From Craspedostauros australis (taxonomy: Eukaryota): 64,000 nt of DNA. A model generated the notes under the pieces. It saw only the letters and a program-made list of their open reading frames with translations, was not told the origin of the DNA and did no database searches. This document shows positions 33,877-45,800 of this stretch, piece after piece (positions within the stretch are counted from its first letter, which is position 1; the number at the start of each line of letters is the position of its first letter). The stretch is from contig JALAGF010003843.1 in the NCBI GenBank assembly GCA_030167865.1, positions 1 to 64,000 on the forward strand. The letters run 5' to 3'. Position numbers and translations under genes: made by a program.

Positions 33877-35467
33877 GATGCTTGTGGTCGAGGTTCTCTG
33901 TGTTCCTTTTGGCGTTCTCGTTGTTGGTTTCGTCTGGCGACACGTTCGAGCGCAAGTACAATCATCAACTGGTGTGGATGTGATTGTGTTTGTGCTCTTG
34001 GATTGGAGGAGCTTCGATGTGGTGCTGATGCTGATCTTGAAGCTGCGCTTGTTCGTGCAATCCGAGTCGCTTTTTGTGGAGTAACTGTAGAGAACGCGCG
34101 TCTGCTCTGCGCACCGCAGATACCCATGCACGGAGCGCGAAGGTTGCGACTACACGGAAGAGGCTAATCGTAATGTGTTAATAGAATAGTTGCACGTGTC
34201 TTTGGCGAGGTTGCTCTCCTCCCATGATGTGAAGAAGAGAAGATGATGGCGCCAAGAGAGCAAGCAACCAAGAAACGGGGAGAGAAGAGACAGCAAGACG
34301 TTGTTTCTGTTTTCTTGGTGGGGTCGGGCGAGTGTTTTACCTGCGTTCGCCTTCGTCGTGTTCGCGGGCGTGGAGAGAGGCAGCGTTGAATTTCGGCGCT
34401 TCGGTGCGTTGTTGTTTGGTTTCGTTTCGCGCAGAAACCGTGTTTGAGCAACCTTGGAAATCTGGCACTGCCCGCTGACGCTTCGCGCTGCCATTGTTTG
34501 TGAACAACGCAGGGCTTGTTGCCCGTGGTTCAATGCCAGTCCCCATCTTACAACGACGCTGTCCTTCATGGTCCTTTTGAGCATAGAGGGTCATTGGTGT
34601 GATATTGTGCTGTTTATAACGGCGCTTTGTGCGCACTCGTGCAGTACAACTAGCGACGGACATAACACCGCTCTTCGCCACGTTGCCACGGAAGGAAGAA
34701 TTTCGTGATCCCGAAGAAGTGGGACTGTTCTGCGAATCGTAACTGGATTATCTGTGGGAGATGTTTGTCTCCATCAACCTTGATCCTTGGGTCTCGGCTG
34801 GGAGTGCTCTTGGAAATGGAGCAAGGCAGAACGATTGAACCGATGTGGTGGCTCCAACGTCGCAGGTAGTGTATTGTTGTGGTGCAGTTGCTCTCTCTCT
34901 CTCTCCTGTTGCGAGGCATGGATGAAGTCCCCTGGTTTCCTCTCTGTTGGCGCAACCCCTGCTGGAAATGCACACTCCGGACAACTATTTGACCAGAATT
35001 CTGTAAAAAAGCCTGTGTGAGTCTTACGGGACAGATAAAAGACATAATCAGATTTTCGCTCTCAATAGTTGCAGATTCATTTGTCCTTGACCAATTCAGC
35101 TAGAACTTCCCATTAACGGACGGTTTCGGACAATTTCGGACATCGAAACAATGTGCCGCAAACACACCTCGTCTGGGAGTTGGAGGAGATATAGAACACT
35201 TCAGGTAGTTTTTCGGAGTCGAAACAGGGCTGAAACGCACCTTGCAACGACCCCATACAAACAGGTCCATGTCGATCCCCAACCCCAACGATGGTGTCAA
35301 CAAAATGCAAGACAGTAACTGGCATTGACTCAAACCTGCAAAGCAGCATATCACATATTGGTGGTGCTCCTATTGAGCTTGATCTTGAACATGCTGTTGG
35401 CTCATCTGTATATCTAGTTCAAAGTGATTCACCCCCCTTGATTGGTCTCCAAAGCTGCTTGACTCGA

Positions 35468-36432
35468 TCAATGTTTGACAGAAAAGAGAGGTGATTCCTA
35501 CTTCATCAATATTTGCGTGATGACAGCCACTGGCGTGAACCTGACACAGTGTTTCTTCAGTAGATGGAGGTAGCGTTGAGCCAAGCATCCAAATTGCTGC
35601 AATCGCCGATTCACTGTTTCATGTCTTGCACGCACGTGCTCCTTTGCCTTCTTCTCTGCAGCTGACCAGTAGTTGTCTGGGGTACGCACTTTGAACGGCT
35701 TGCCTTTGTAGCCACCATCAGCTTCGACCATCTCATCTTCGTCCAACATGTGAATGGAGTTTCTCCTGAAGATTCTCATATCTGGAAACTTTCCACACAG
35801 AAATGGCCCACTGATCCATTCGATATCACCATTTTGAATGGAAATGACAACTTCGTATCGCAAACCAGGTCCTTTAAACTTATGCGACAACCATCCTGAC
35901 CAGAAGACAGCTGGCTCTTCAATTTGGAAGTCCGTTCCATCAACGCTCACTCTGCATGTGCGATTTCGATTGCCAATCATGTGATTCTCCCACTTGATCT
36001 GTGGTTGCAGCAGAGAGAAGTGAGGAGCAAGTTGGGATTGGAATGTGAGTGAATGGATGAGCTGTGCTTTGGTGTTCAGACAAATCACACGGCAATTGGA
36101 ACTTACCCATCTTCCCTTGCCTTCTGCGATCAGGCCAATCGTTTTCCATACCCAAGTGGACAGAGTGGAGCAATCAATTCCAAGTTTGGTTGCCATTGTT
36201 CTCTGAGTGGAGTAGTCCTTCAGAAAGTGTAGTGTCCACAGCAGGTGATGCGGCTTCACTGCTTTGTGGAGCTTGCATTTCTTCCAGTTCAAGCCGCACA
36301 CTGTCAGAGAGACGCCACACTGCGCCTGGACATGTTCGATGATGGCTCTTTTTGAGATGTGATTGGAGACATCATGAAGTACATATCTTGCTGTGGTGAT
36401 AAGTATTGTTCCAGGGAAAGAGAGTCTGACAT
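35468..36432 (-). pseudogene. Decayed PIF/Harbinger (IS5-like, DDE_Tnp_4) transposase with one intron (36106-35999)
   Basis: HTH-region motif PHHLLWTLHFLKDY..TWVW, and catalytic triad motifs VSVDGTD, SHKFKGPGLRYEV, EADGGY and RARHETVNRRL. The 108-nt GTAAGT..CAG intron is in frame. A TAG at 35500-35498 precedes a plausible true end (ESPLFSVKH). The start near ATG 36432 needs a frameshift. Confidence 0.85.
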
Positions 36433-38484
36433 TGTGGAGTGTGAATAGAGGAAGAGAAGCAAGAGAGTCGGCTAAAGATGTGAGTTCGCAGAAAAGTGAA
36501 TTCGCACTCAATGCAAGATGCCAGTGATCAATAGTGCAGCAAGGAGAGCAACAGCAGGAAGTCTGCCATTGATGGTGGAAAGTTCCAACTCGTTTGCGCA
36601 TGGTGCCTTGTGCTTCAAACCGATTGCAAGCTGCAGAGGCTGAATTGCCAAACTGGTTGCATGCCAGCTTCTGAATATTGCTGGAGACTGTTGATCTTGA
36701 TGGCAACACTGGTGGTGAATGTGATGGTGGCAATGGTGGTGATGATAACAATGGAGCATTGTTACTTGTTTGATTCTGTTTTGTGTGAGTTGTGGGTGAT
36801 GGAGTTGTTGATGATACCAACCAAGGACTTGTCTGTGGAGTTGTCTGTGTGGCGCAGAGTGTCGCTGTTGGGCTGGTGGTGATGGAGAACCTCCAATTGT
36901 GTCCTCTACTTTTTCGCTGATTCTTGGGAGCATGTCACTTGGAAACTGGGCGAGGTTTGCGCTGATACGATGGCTGAGGTTTCCAACAAATGGGTTGTTG
37001 CTGATGATTGGCGACTGGCAATTGGAAGGTTGTTGTCGTTGGAGCGCAAGCCAGAAACTGCAACCTGCAAATCACAACGAGCATCATGTGAAAGTCTGGA
37101 GTTGTCTGGTGTCTGTGTGTGTTGGTGTCCACTCTGTGCAAATCCAGCTCCAGGTTGATCCTGTCTATTGGCTCTTGGCAACAGCAGCGCAGACAAAGCG
37201 GGACTCCTGCGCGCCTGCTGCTGCTGGGATTGGCGAGTCACTGACTCGCCACGAATCCCGGCGCTCTGGAATGCAAGAAGAGCATCATGGCACTTTTCTT
37301 GCAGCGTGTCCATTACAGCTTCCGGAGGGACAGAACAGAGCAACGCACCTCGGAATGATTGTTCAGCAATGTCCGTTATGCTCACAGGTGCTCCGAAACG
37401 TAATGTCAGTACTCCAAAGTCCTCAGATATGAATACATTAAATGCTGTTGGGTTCATTCGTTTGCGCACGCGCGAATGTGCAAAATGCATGCTCGCCTTT
37501 GCACAGCGGAATTGAATTGCACACATACAAATGAACCTGAAAAGCATACTGCAAGCACACATCTTCGCTCATTGTCAACGAAGTTGCAGCAAATCATGAT
37601 CTGAAGTGAAGTGCGAGAGTTTGTTGGAAATGACTCAAGAAACCAGTCATTTTGTTTCATCCCAGTACCGAAATGAAGGCCATTTCTTCATTCCACTGGA
37701 AGCCTGAAGGCGATTTCTTCCTGCCAATACCAAAATGAAGCGCAGACCCTTGACAATAACATGCATTGTGAGCAGGCTTGCTTGCGAAGTCCAGAATTGA
37801 ATCTTGGAAGGCACACCAGTGCAGCTAAGCACATGTACATCAAAATTAACTTCATGCTACCACCCAAGATGAGCTTGCTCTCAATTGCAACCATGTCAAT
37901 GTGGGTTGTGTTGGTCGTTTGACACACGAACCCAGGTGACATTTGGCCTGACAGCTTTGAGAAAACACTTCCCGTTTTGACGGTTGCCAATGTTCCACTG
38001 ACAGAAGGTGACGATGGTGACGATGGTGATGCCTCCCACACAACCTCTCATAGTCTCGCTCACAAAACAGCGATCAGCGACCTTTGCTTCCCACTTCACA
38101 TTTTCAGCCATGATCCGCCAGCAGCAGCAATGCCTTCTTCACAGGACTGCAAAAATGCAACAATACCACCATGGCACAGTGTAAGGGTAATTATGGCAAG
38201 CAACCATGAGCCTGCAACTTGGTGGGTTTGATGTGGTTTGAAGATGGGCTTGCATATGTGTGCAACAGAGCCGATAACAGAAAGAATATAAGCTGCCTGC
38301 AGCTCTGCTCCTGAAAGTGAAGGACTTGTCCAGAGCCAGTCAGGCTATCTCGTGAGCATCGTGTGCTCCTGGAAATGAACCAATGCTTGATCAAGCACCC
38401 ATACTCATTTTTCTTCTGTCTTTCCTTTCATGTGCACAATTCATCAACACTGATCACAAGCACAACCTCCACATCTCATAAAAC

Positions 38485-40016
38485 ATGGGCAAGTGGCAAA
38501 TCGTGAGCATTGTAGCAGCGATCCTCTTCGATTTGTTCAATTGGCTCATTGGTCTATATGACCCAAACAACTACTCAGCAGCTGTTCTTCGAAAGGACCC
38601 ACACCACCATCACATTTGGGATCAACACAAACTCAACACCTTCACAGGATACTGCAAGCAAGTGTCAATATTAGTCCTCAGACTCCAGCAGCACAAGGAA
38701 AGTAAGTCCTCATCTTTGCCACTGTTCTTTACAAGCTGTTGTTCTTGCAGTGCACTTCCTTGGACCCTTGTGCCTCACAGCTTGTGCTACCATGTTTCAC
38801 TGTTTTCCTGCTTCTCAGTTCCACCATGTGAGCTCCTTACCAAGCTGCTAAGCATCAACCAAGGACCTCCAGCCAACAATGTCCGCCCCAAAGCAGTGCA
38901 GTACAATCCAACTATATGCCAGCCAGAGGGCCCAGCTGCCAAGAAATGGAAATGACCACCACCACCTGATCTGGACGATGACATCAACTTTTGTCCTGGA
39001 GGAGGTGCTGACACCAACGAAGCAGCAGACACCACAAGACCATCACAGGCACAACCATTGGAAGGTCAAGTGGGGCCTGCATGAAACTTGGACCCAAAAG
39101 AAAGCTCCAGCATTGATGACAGCTACATTGAAGTTGAAGTTGACACTGTTGATCTTCCGGAAGATATTGCAACCATCAAGACCAACAAGATCGAGTCTTT
39201 GAACAATGCCTTGAACACAATGAAGATCTCTTCAGGTGGTTCCTTTGGGAACGCGCATTTCGAGACAACATGGTGTGATTTTACGTGGTTAAAGACACCT
39301 TTGATCTCGATGGTGACATTTGAGAGCAGTACTTGGTGAACGTGCAGATGCTGTCTGGCACTGACACAGAATCTGAGAAGATTGAGGTGTCTACCTGTGG
39401 ACACAAGGTCATTGCTACCATCCCAGTGGCTCCTGCAAACTATGATGCCTACTCTCTATTCAGCCTCTGCAACAGAGATGTCTTCAGCCACTTTTTTGAC
39501 CACATGCAGAAAGGGATAGATGCATTCACAATGAAAGGCAACAAAGAATGTGCACCATGCACCTTCACAGTCCATTTTGAGGAGAAGCTGGAGTTTGGAA
39601 CCTATGCAACAACATCACATCAGATGGGGCCCAAAGGTCAATTCAAGACTGTGGAGGATGGAGAGCCAGGTGGGTACATCTCAATTCAATTGTTTGCGGT
39701 GGTCCAATCCACTGGATCAATGATTGAATCCCAAGCACGACGATCAAGAAAGACCATGGCCAAGCCAAAGAGCAGTCGAAGTGCAATGGCATCTCATAGT
39801 CGCAACCAACGCAGACGTACTTGTTGACAGGAGAATGGAGGAAGTGGCCAAGGCAGCAACAGGAATGATAGAGATGGCAACAACCAGCATCACCATGGCA
39901 ATTATGATTCGTGTGATAGAATGTTGATTGACAACGATGAGGAGAGCTTTGGAGATGAGGACCCACACAACGTTGGTCATGGAGGTGATATTGGCGACAA
40001 CAATGAGAGCTTGTGA
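38485..40016 (+). pseudogene. Decayed second ORF of the transposon (unknown family), with intron 38702-38818
   Basis: A GTAAGT..CAG intron. One reading frame continues across TGA stops at 38953 and 39082, shifts frame near 39330 (restoring YLVNVQMLSG) and continues through a TGA at 39825. KKWK* is what CpG decay of KKRKR would give. Confidence 0.6.
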
Positions 40017-42848
40017 TGCGGTTATAGCTTGCGATATATTATTGGTTCGTGGGCTGAAAAGATCAAGATGCCGACAGTGAAACTTCACTGTATGACAGCA
40101 AGGAGGCACGTAAATGTGCATGACGGTTTGGAGTGGTTGGCGGTCCTGCGCCGTGTGTGCTGTTTGCTCATATCATGAAGCAGCGCTGCAAAGGTTATTG
40201 TTTTGTAATTTCCACAGCCTCCCTACTCTAATTGGCTGCGTCATTCTCCCAATACGACTTTCTGTCTCATGGTGAATGTTTTGTGCCTTTTGGGGACACG
40301 CTCCCTGAGATGGCCTGTTCTCAACCGGCTTGAGACTACTTGTTGTTGAGAGCCAGGCAAGGCAGAGTGAACTAATTGATCGATGTGAACTGGAGTGAAG
40401 TTTGCAATAGGTTGTGAATTACTATCGAAGTGGATTATGATGAGAGGTTGCCCAACTTGAGAAGTCATAGAAAAGTCAAGCATGCAAAGCCATGGGATAA
40501 GCCGTCCTTTGGTAGAATCAAACAGAACAGCACCTACTCCTGTAGAGCAGTTGATGCATATCCTTTCTTTGGAGATCTGACCCGAATCTTCTGATTCAGA
40601 GCAAGGAAGAGCTGTTCCGGTCTTGCTGAGATCTACTATCTGATTGGTTGCAGTAACAGATGACAGAAGGAAGCAATGTACTTGCATATGGAGGGCTTCT
40701 TGTGTCAGAGCAGATGGTGATGGACAGAGTGCAAGATCAGATCATTGTGAGAGCATAGCAAGTGTCTGATTTTGCACCCTGTCTTGCTCGGTTATCCACT
40801 GTGTCCTTGTTGCACATTTCTTGCATGTCAGTGAGTCCTGGTGTCAAGCAAGCAAGTTCATTTTGCTCACATGAGGACCCACTTACTTGGACTCAAAGCT
40901 CTAACACGGTTGTGGGGATAGTGTGTCCCAACTCTCATCGTTGTCCCGCCACCAACCAGAGGCATAGCACGAAAAAACGCTGTTTGCTGCTAGATCGTCG
41001 CAGCGGTACTCACTATCTGGCTAACGATGCCTTCGGCAGAAAATGCATGTCAAGATCACTGTGGGCGAGCACCAAAATGATCGTTGAGAGCGGAAGGGGA
41101 TGATCTTGAACTTAGCCCCTTCCCAGCGTGTGCTACCGTCACTATGTGCGCATAATTCTGTGCTGTTGTCACAGCATTCGCAACCGTCCAATCCACGGAG
41201 GCCATTTTATTTCTTCGGCGGAGTTTCTGTTGCCGTCGCGCGATTGTTCATAAATGCCCCAGTTGAGTTCGTCCGTACTTATTGACATTCGTTTCAATCA
41301 TGTCATCCACGATGACGTAGTGTCGTGTACGTTGCAAACTTCTCCTGGCGCGCAGGTGTCACTGGGAGGCTGTGTGAATAACGCGTCGAAGGGGAGGGAG
41401 TGAAACAGAGAAGAGCCAAAGCATGGTCTTGTGTGGACAGCTCAGGGCCATCTGTCTATTTGTACTAATTAATCTGATGCGTTCAATCGTGTCGCCGACG
41501 ACAGCGATACCTCTTGCCTTCCAGACAAGAAATGGGAAGATACTTTTTGTTCTTGGGAGGATTCGCACACAGTAATTGCCGATAGTACGCAGTCAGTTAC
41601 CGCTGTGCCACAGCGCTCTCGCTCAGCCGTTGCATGTCCAAGAACTCAACAGGGAGTAATGGCAATCGCTCGCTACAACGAATGAGGCTTTATCGTGTCT
41701 ACCCGCAGTTGTCATCCTTGAGATCGCGAAGAGGAGGTTGTTCGTCTGTGTTGTTGTTGATTGACGCCATTGTGTCATGGGGTCAGTCGGCTTTCATTGC
41801 CAGTATCCGAGTCGAAGCAGCATCATTTGCACTTCGATGTGACAAGACGGAAGCATTGTGGTTGCTGGTGAACATTGGAAGGTATAATACCAAGGTGGAG
41901 ACGTTCCAATCTTTGTATTCGTATTCGTATTAATAGTCGTACATCTTCTTGTGGGCTACCGCGTGAAGGAGAATAGTTGTTGATACCAATACTACTACTC
42001 TCTGTCTGGTGAGAGCGTACGAAGAGTCTTCGTAGATCGACGCAGCTGAATCTGTAGAGAGAGATGCAGAGAGTGCTAGTATAATAGATATGATAGTTAT
42101 CCGCATGGCGTCGCCAAGATTATGTAGAGTAGAGAAGAGAAGAGCAGGTTGTGCTCACCAGGGGCGAAGAGGACTCCAAAGTCGGCACTCTGCTACGCTC
42201 TGTTGGAGAAAGCTGTGGCGAGTATTCTCCACGTGCGCCAACAACGGCGCACAGCTCCCTGGATTGTGATTCTCATTGGCGCGTGGTCTTGACACAAAGA
42301 ACCGGAGGCAGAACAGCAAAAAGACCGTTTCCATTCCCCACGGATGCGCAAACACAAAAGAGGGCAACGAGGGCAACCACAGCTTTTCGTTGTTGGGATT
42401 CTTCACACACCGCACAGGCACTAAGAAGCACGTTGGCTTCGTCGCCTCTGCAAGCAGCTTTCATCACAAGACACGACCACCGACACGGATACGAACGGCA
42501 TCAAACCATAGTCGCATCATAGAATACACCGTACCATACGTGTAGGAGGAGAGCGTAGTGCAAGGCAGCGCAAGGAGAGGCAAGACAAGAAGCCGAAGTC
42601 ACGCGCGGCAACCCAAGAACATTATTTACGTTAGATGCTGAGACTCTCTTGCAACGACAACCTCTTTGGCGACCTCTTTGACGACCCCTTCATCAGCTTC
42701 AGCAGCTTCGTGGATAATAGAGGGACGCAAGCACTCTCCTAATACTCTGCTCCATCCATCGTATCAGATCATATTGTATTGTATTGTATCATACAATACT
42801 GTTATTGATAATAATCTGCTGCGTCCAGTTGAACTGCATTGCAAAAAG

Positions 42849-45800
42849 ATGAAGCCAAAAGGACAGACGATGGGGCAATCGAGATCAGATCCACGCAGGC
42901 GGCAACGGCAACGGCAGCAACATGACCAGTGTCAGCAACAACAGCAGCAACAACAACAACACCAGTCGCTGCTCGAACAGAATCGGGAGGAGATGAGATC
43001 GCGTCGTGCGTCCCGCAGCGTGCTGTCGAGTGCACGCATTCCAGAGGCATGTCCCTGTGCTCAATCATCCCACGATGACCAAGCTCATGCTCAATCATCC
43101 CATGCCTTCAGCACCGACAGATGCGTGCAGGCAGATGAAGACAGTTGCGGGAGGCGACGTCTGCAAGCAACGAAGCTGCCACAAGCACGAGCACCAACAG
43201 ACGCAGACGTACAACATTCAACATGCCATCCGTCGCATCGCCACCGGCATCGCCGCCTGTATCGCACGCCAAACTCCGAGATAAGGATCAGACGATGGTC
43301 GATCCCATTCCTGCGAGTCATGCTCATCTCGGCCATCGTGCACCAATGGATTCTGGCAACATCGCTGGTGGCCGCCTCGGTGGAATCCGCAACGGGCTTC
43401 CTCCCGCTCACCCTCGACTGCGACCCCTGCATCGACCGGTCGCTGTACCAGATCCGGGTCATCCTGCCGGCCTCGCCATCGCCCTCCGCCGAGACCGACA
43501 CCTTCTCCTACGTCGACTACGATTGGAACGCCCTGCACTGGCGCCAGATCCGCTCCGCCATGGACCAGCTGCAATCCGACTTCCGCATCCGCCTCGAGTA
43601 CAGAATACCCACGGGCATCGACGCGGGCTCGCGCCTCGAGCTCACCAACTACTACCGCACGCAGCTGCAGAACGCCAAGCAGGACTACTTCATCTACCAG
43701 TTCGAGAAGGAGCTGTACGACCGCTCCACGACGTCATCCTCCGATGCCGACAGCCGCCGCGCGTGGACGAGGACGAGGAACAACGCCGTGAGGCGTGACG
43801 ATCCAAACGCGTCCAAGCTGCCGCAGACGTCGCTGTCGGACAACCAGCGCATCGACGCGCTCTTCATCGCCATTCCGCCCTACCAGTCGCAGATCATGGA
43901 CATGCTCTACCAGGATCTCGACATCACGGACTCGCTGCGCGCCACGTTGCCGCATCTCTTCGCGCGGCCCGATCGACCCATCGTGCACAACACGGTCCTG
44001 CCCATCTTCGGATTTCATTCGCTTCCGTCCTATCCCTCCGCCATCGGGGTGCCGCTACCGCAAGCGCAACCTGCAAAGGCTACAACGGATGCAACGGATG
44101 CAACGACACCAGCTGACGACGTCAAGGCCGTCGTGTCGTCCAAGCTCATGTCCTGGATTGGATACTCGGATCATGATATCGGGAAGCTCGCCATGCAGAC
44201 CATCATCGACCGTCATCCCGAGGCCAACGACATGCTCTTCATCGCCACGCATCGATCCATCCAGAACGTCAATGTCTCCTCGTCGGCCTCCGCGTACATC
44301 TCCAACCTCGTGCAAGCGCGTTTGGATGGAATGGACCTCGTGAGGCGCCAGCACAACGATGCGATCACGCTGGATCCCCTCGATCTGCAACCCATCGACG
44401 TTAATGCCGATCAGCGCAAGGACGACGTGCAAGCGTCCATCAAGAACAAGCTCTTCGATGCCCACTACAATCGCTGCCGCTACGATGCCGTCTTCGTCGT
44501 CGATATCGACAGCCTCGATGCCGTCCTCGCCGTCATGGACGACGACGTGCGCGCGCGATGCACCGACACCGTCGTCATCGCGCTCGATATCGGCACGGTC
44601 TCGCCCGTCTACTACGATGCTATCCAACGATCGCACCTGCACTACGGCATCCAGGTCTCCAACACCTACATCGAAACGGCCCTGTCCATGATCTTCGCCA
44701 TCTTCTTCATGACGGCCGGACAGCAGATCGCGGTGCCGCGCGAACGCAACGCCTACGTCACGGGGCCCAAGCTCATCGCGGCGCCCACGGCGGACGATAC
44801 GCAAGCCTTCCTCGAGTGTCAGTTGAATGCCTTTCCCGTGTGTCCGGGGCCGTCGGCCGTCAACGTCGAAGAGCCGACGCTGGACACCCAGTCGCTGCGG
44901 CGCAGTGTCGATACGGAGACGCGTGCAAGCTTCGTCAGCACGAACAACGAGGGAGACACGGAGAGCCTCGTGTGGCCCAACGTCGTGTCGCCGTGTCCCT
45001 GTCTGCAACGATCCAACGAGATCCGCCTGGGAGCCGTGCTGCACGGCGTCACGACGGACTCCTTCTGGGATCTCGTCTTCGACTCCGCGCAACAGGCCGC
45101 GCTCGATATGGGCACCATCCAGCTCGAGATGGATCGCATCACGCCGCAGGCCACAGCCACCATGGTGCACGAGCTCATGGCGGCCAGGATCCAGAATCTG
45201 TGCTCATCCGGCGTCGACGGCATCATGGTCACCATCCCGTCCGATGTCGTTCTCCCAGCCATAGAGTACTGTCTGCAGTCCTCCATCCCCGTCGTCTCCA
45301 TCAACAGCGGACTCGACACGGCGATGCGTCTCAATCAAAAGTACAACACCAACGCGACGGCGTCGGGCGAGTCCCTGTTCCTCTACCACATCGGCATGAA
45401 CGAATTCAATGCCGGGTATCTGGCGGGACAGCGCATGATCGAGGAAGGTGACATGAAGTACGGCTACTGCATCGACCACGACGATGGCAACAGCGCCACC
45501 TTCGAGCGCTGTCGGGGATTTGAACAGGCGATTCTGGACAGCGACAGGAATGTCATCTTCAAGGCCAGAATCGCAATCCCGCCCGACAACACGGTGGAAT
45601 ACAAGCTCGTCGTCGAACAGAGCGTGCAGAACGATTTCAAGGACACCGGCATTCCTGCCAATTGGGATAAGATCGGCTTTTTGCTGACGGGATCGGTGCA
45701 GGTGCGCGCCATCCGAAGCACGCTGGGGTATGGTGTCGGTGTCGGAACGGAAGCTGTCACGGCTCCCATTGATTCCGAACTCCCGGAGAATCGCGACGGT

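Larger units (their letters stand above)
35100..40200. mobile_element. Degenerate two-ORF PIF/Harbinger-like DNA transposon (boundaries approximate; no TIR found)
   Basis: A transposase on the minus strand and a second decayed ORF on the plus strand lie divergently. The whole block is CpG-poor and TpG/CpA-rich compared with the flanking genes. Confidence 0.6.

Noticed and set aside
36433-36820. N-terminal part of the 440-aa ORF called over the transposase
   Set aside because: Low-complexity sequence with a non-ATG start. Transposase similarity begins only downstream, so this is probably chance open frame.
40241-40687. 148-aa minus-strand ORF in the CpG-poor block
   Set aside because: No recognisable motif. 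It may be another TE remnant but cannot be supported.
35050-41095. Candidate TIRs for the Harbinger-like element (CGCTCTCAA near 35057 vs TTGAGAGCG near 41084)
   Set aside because: Only a 9-nt match that does not extend, and there is no clear TWA target duplication.
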